Shown here in pieces: positions 25,388 to 26,433 of a stretch of 26,433 bases of DNA. The translations under genes and the position numbers were made by a program. Under the pieces are notes generated by a model, which worked only from the letters and a program-made list of their open reading frames with translations, was not told where the DNA came from and did no database searches. The stretch comes from Candidatus Eiseniibacteriota bacterium. GTDB lineage: Bacteria > Eisenbacteria > RBG-16-71-46 > CAZEPH01. The DNA is taken from assembly GCA_044229145.1 (NCBI GenBank), contig JBGATO010000052.1, positions 1 to 26,433 of the forward strand. Direction: 5' to 3'. The stretch's first letter is position 1. Each line of letters begins with the position of its first letter.

Positions 25388-26433
25388 CTAGAACGACACG
25401 AATCGGCGCGCGATTCGCCCCTGGGAACTGCGGAGCGTCGCCCAGAACACGCCAGGCGCGGGTCGCCGGGCTCCGGCTGCCGCGAACCACCGCACCGCGT
25501 GGCTCCCGGCGTCGACCCATGCATCGAGGGCGGTCGAGACCAAGCGTCCGGTGACGTCGACGATGTCGAGCCGGACGCGCCCAGAGTGCGGAACCGAGAA
25601 GCGAAGCTGTCGGCCGTCGGACGACACCTGGAGCGTCCACTCCTCAGCGCCTGCGCCCGGGGAGACGACGGAGGTGAGCTGGGTGTCGTCCCACCGCGCG
25701 AGTCCCGCGGACGGACGCGCGCCGGCGAAGGAAAACTCGCCGCCGGCGTACAATCCGGTGCCCCACACCGCCAGGACGTTGACGCCGGGATCCCCGCGCA
25801 GCGGGTCGGCACCGCAGGCGCCGGTGCCGGATCCCATGGCGCGCCAGCGGGCACCGTTCCAGCGCGCGATGTTCGCGGCAGGCACACTGTCCGCCTGCGA
25901 GAAATTGCCGCCGGCGATCAGACTGTCGCGATAGGTCACCAACGCGCGGACGGCCGGGAGCACGCCCTCGGCTTGGACGCCGGCACCGAGCGCCGACCAC
26001 TGCGTGCCATCCCACGCGGCAACCGCACCCGCCGCAATGCCCCCCGCCCCGCTGAAGCTGCCCCCGACCGCGAGCGCGCTCCCGAACGGCGCGAGCGCAT
26101 AGACGATCGGAATGCCGGTCCCCGACACGCCGCTGCCGAGTGCGCTCCACGTGGTGCCGTTCCACCGCGCGATCGCCGAGGCCGGCACCGAGTTCATCGT
26201 GCTGAATTCCCCGCCGGCCACCAACTGCCCGCCATGGGACTGCAGCGCGTACACGGTCGGGACCGCAAAGCTGCCGAAGACGCTCGCCGACCCGACCGTC
26301 TGCCAGGCGGCCCCCGTCCATCGTTCGACGGCGCCGAAGCGCGCCCCGCTGGTTGGCTGCAGATTGCCACCGGCGAAGAGCTGTCCGTTATGCACCGCCA
26401 GGCACGAGTACGCGCCCGTGGCTCCCCCGGGCG
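25388..26433 (-). CDS. Beta-propeller repeat protein with FlgD/T9SS-like C-terminal domain (5' truncated by the window)
   Basis: Repeats of 'IARWNG..W..LG.G.....V.AL......L..GG.F' and tail 'VRLDIVDVTGRLV.....G.H.VRW......PGVFW..L'. The frame stays open to the window edge. Confidence 0.82.
   Translation of the reverse strand, partial: PGGATGAYSCLAVHNGQLFAGGNLQPTSGARFGAVERWTGAAWQTVGSASVFGSFAVPTVYALQSHGGQLVAGGEFSTMNSVPASAIARWNGTTWSALGSGVSGTGIPIVYALAPFGSALAVGGSFSGAGGIAAGAVAAWDGTQWSALGAGVQAEGVLPAVRALVTYRDSLIAGGNFSQADSVPAANIARWNGARWRAMGSGTGACGADPLRGDPGVNVLAVWGTGLYAGGEFSFAGARPSAGLARWDDTQLTSVVSPGAGAEEWTLQVSSDGRQLRFSVPHSGRVRLDIVDVTGRLVSTALDAWVDAGSHAVRWFAAAGARRPAPGVFWATLRSSQGRIARRFVSF

Noticed and set aside
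1..26433. CRISPR arrays, transposases, integrases, rRNA
   Set aside because: None seen. The repeats present are protein-level (heme, FG-GAP and propeller motifs) or isolated hairpins.

Overview
High-GC bacterial DNA (roughly 68-70% by eye). FlgD/T9SS-like C-terminal tails on secreted proteins suggest an FCB-related lineage such as Ca. Eisenbacteria or Latescibacteria, which is inference only. From left to right: (i) the 5' half of a tRNA-Arg(CCT) that breaks off right after the anticodon into structured non-tRNA sequence, probably a group I intron running off the window; (ii) a MacA-type adaptor plus two MacB-type permeases with no ATPase gene; (iii) a ~1,590-aa secreted gingipain-like C25 peptidase divergent from a beta-propeller protein; (iv) a ~12.6-kb respiratory island; (v) an ECF sigma/anti-sigma pair divergent from a small membrane protein, with matching ECF-type promoters; (vi) a partial secreted beta-propeller protein. 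The island encodes an MtrA/DmsE-type decaheme, an MtrB/PioB porin, a Rieske protein, a cytochrome b, a 9-heme and an 18-heme membrane-anchored cytochrome c, a 5-heme c554-like cytochrome, and a 13-heme CbcL-like c/b fusion translationally coupled to a PLP Cys/Met lyase (55 CxxCH motifs in total). The most striking detail is that the Rieske-partnered cytochrome b has lost both heme bH histidines and has PPWY instead of PEWY. This points to a non-Q-cycle Rieske/cyt b module co-encoded with a porin-cytochrome conduit. All product calls come from motif recognition; no database searches were run.
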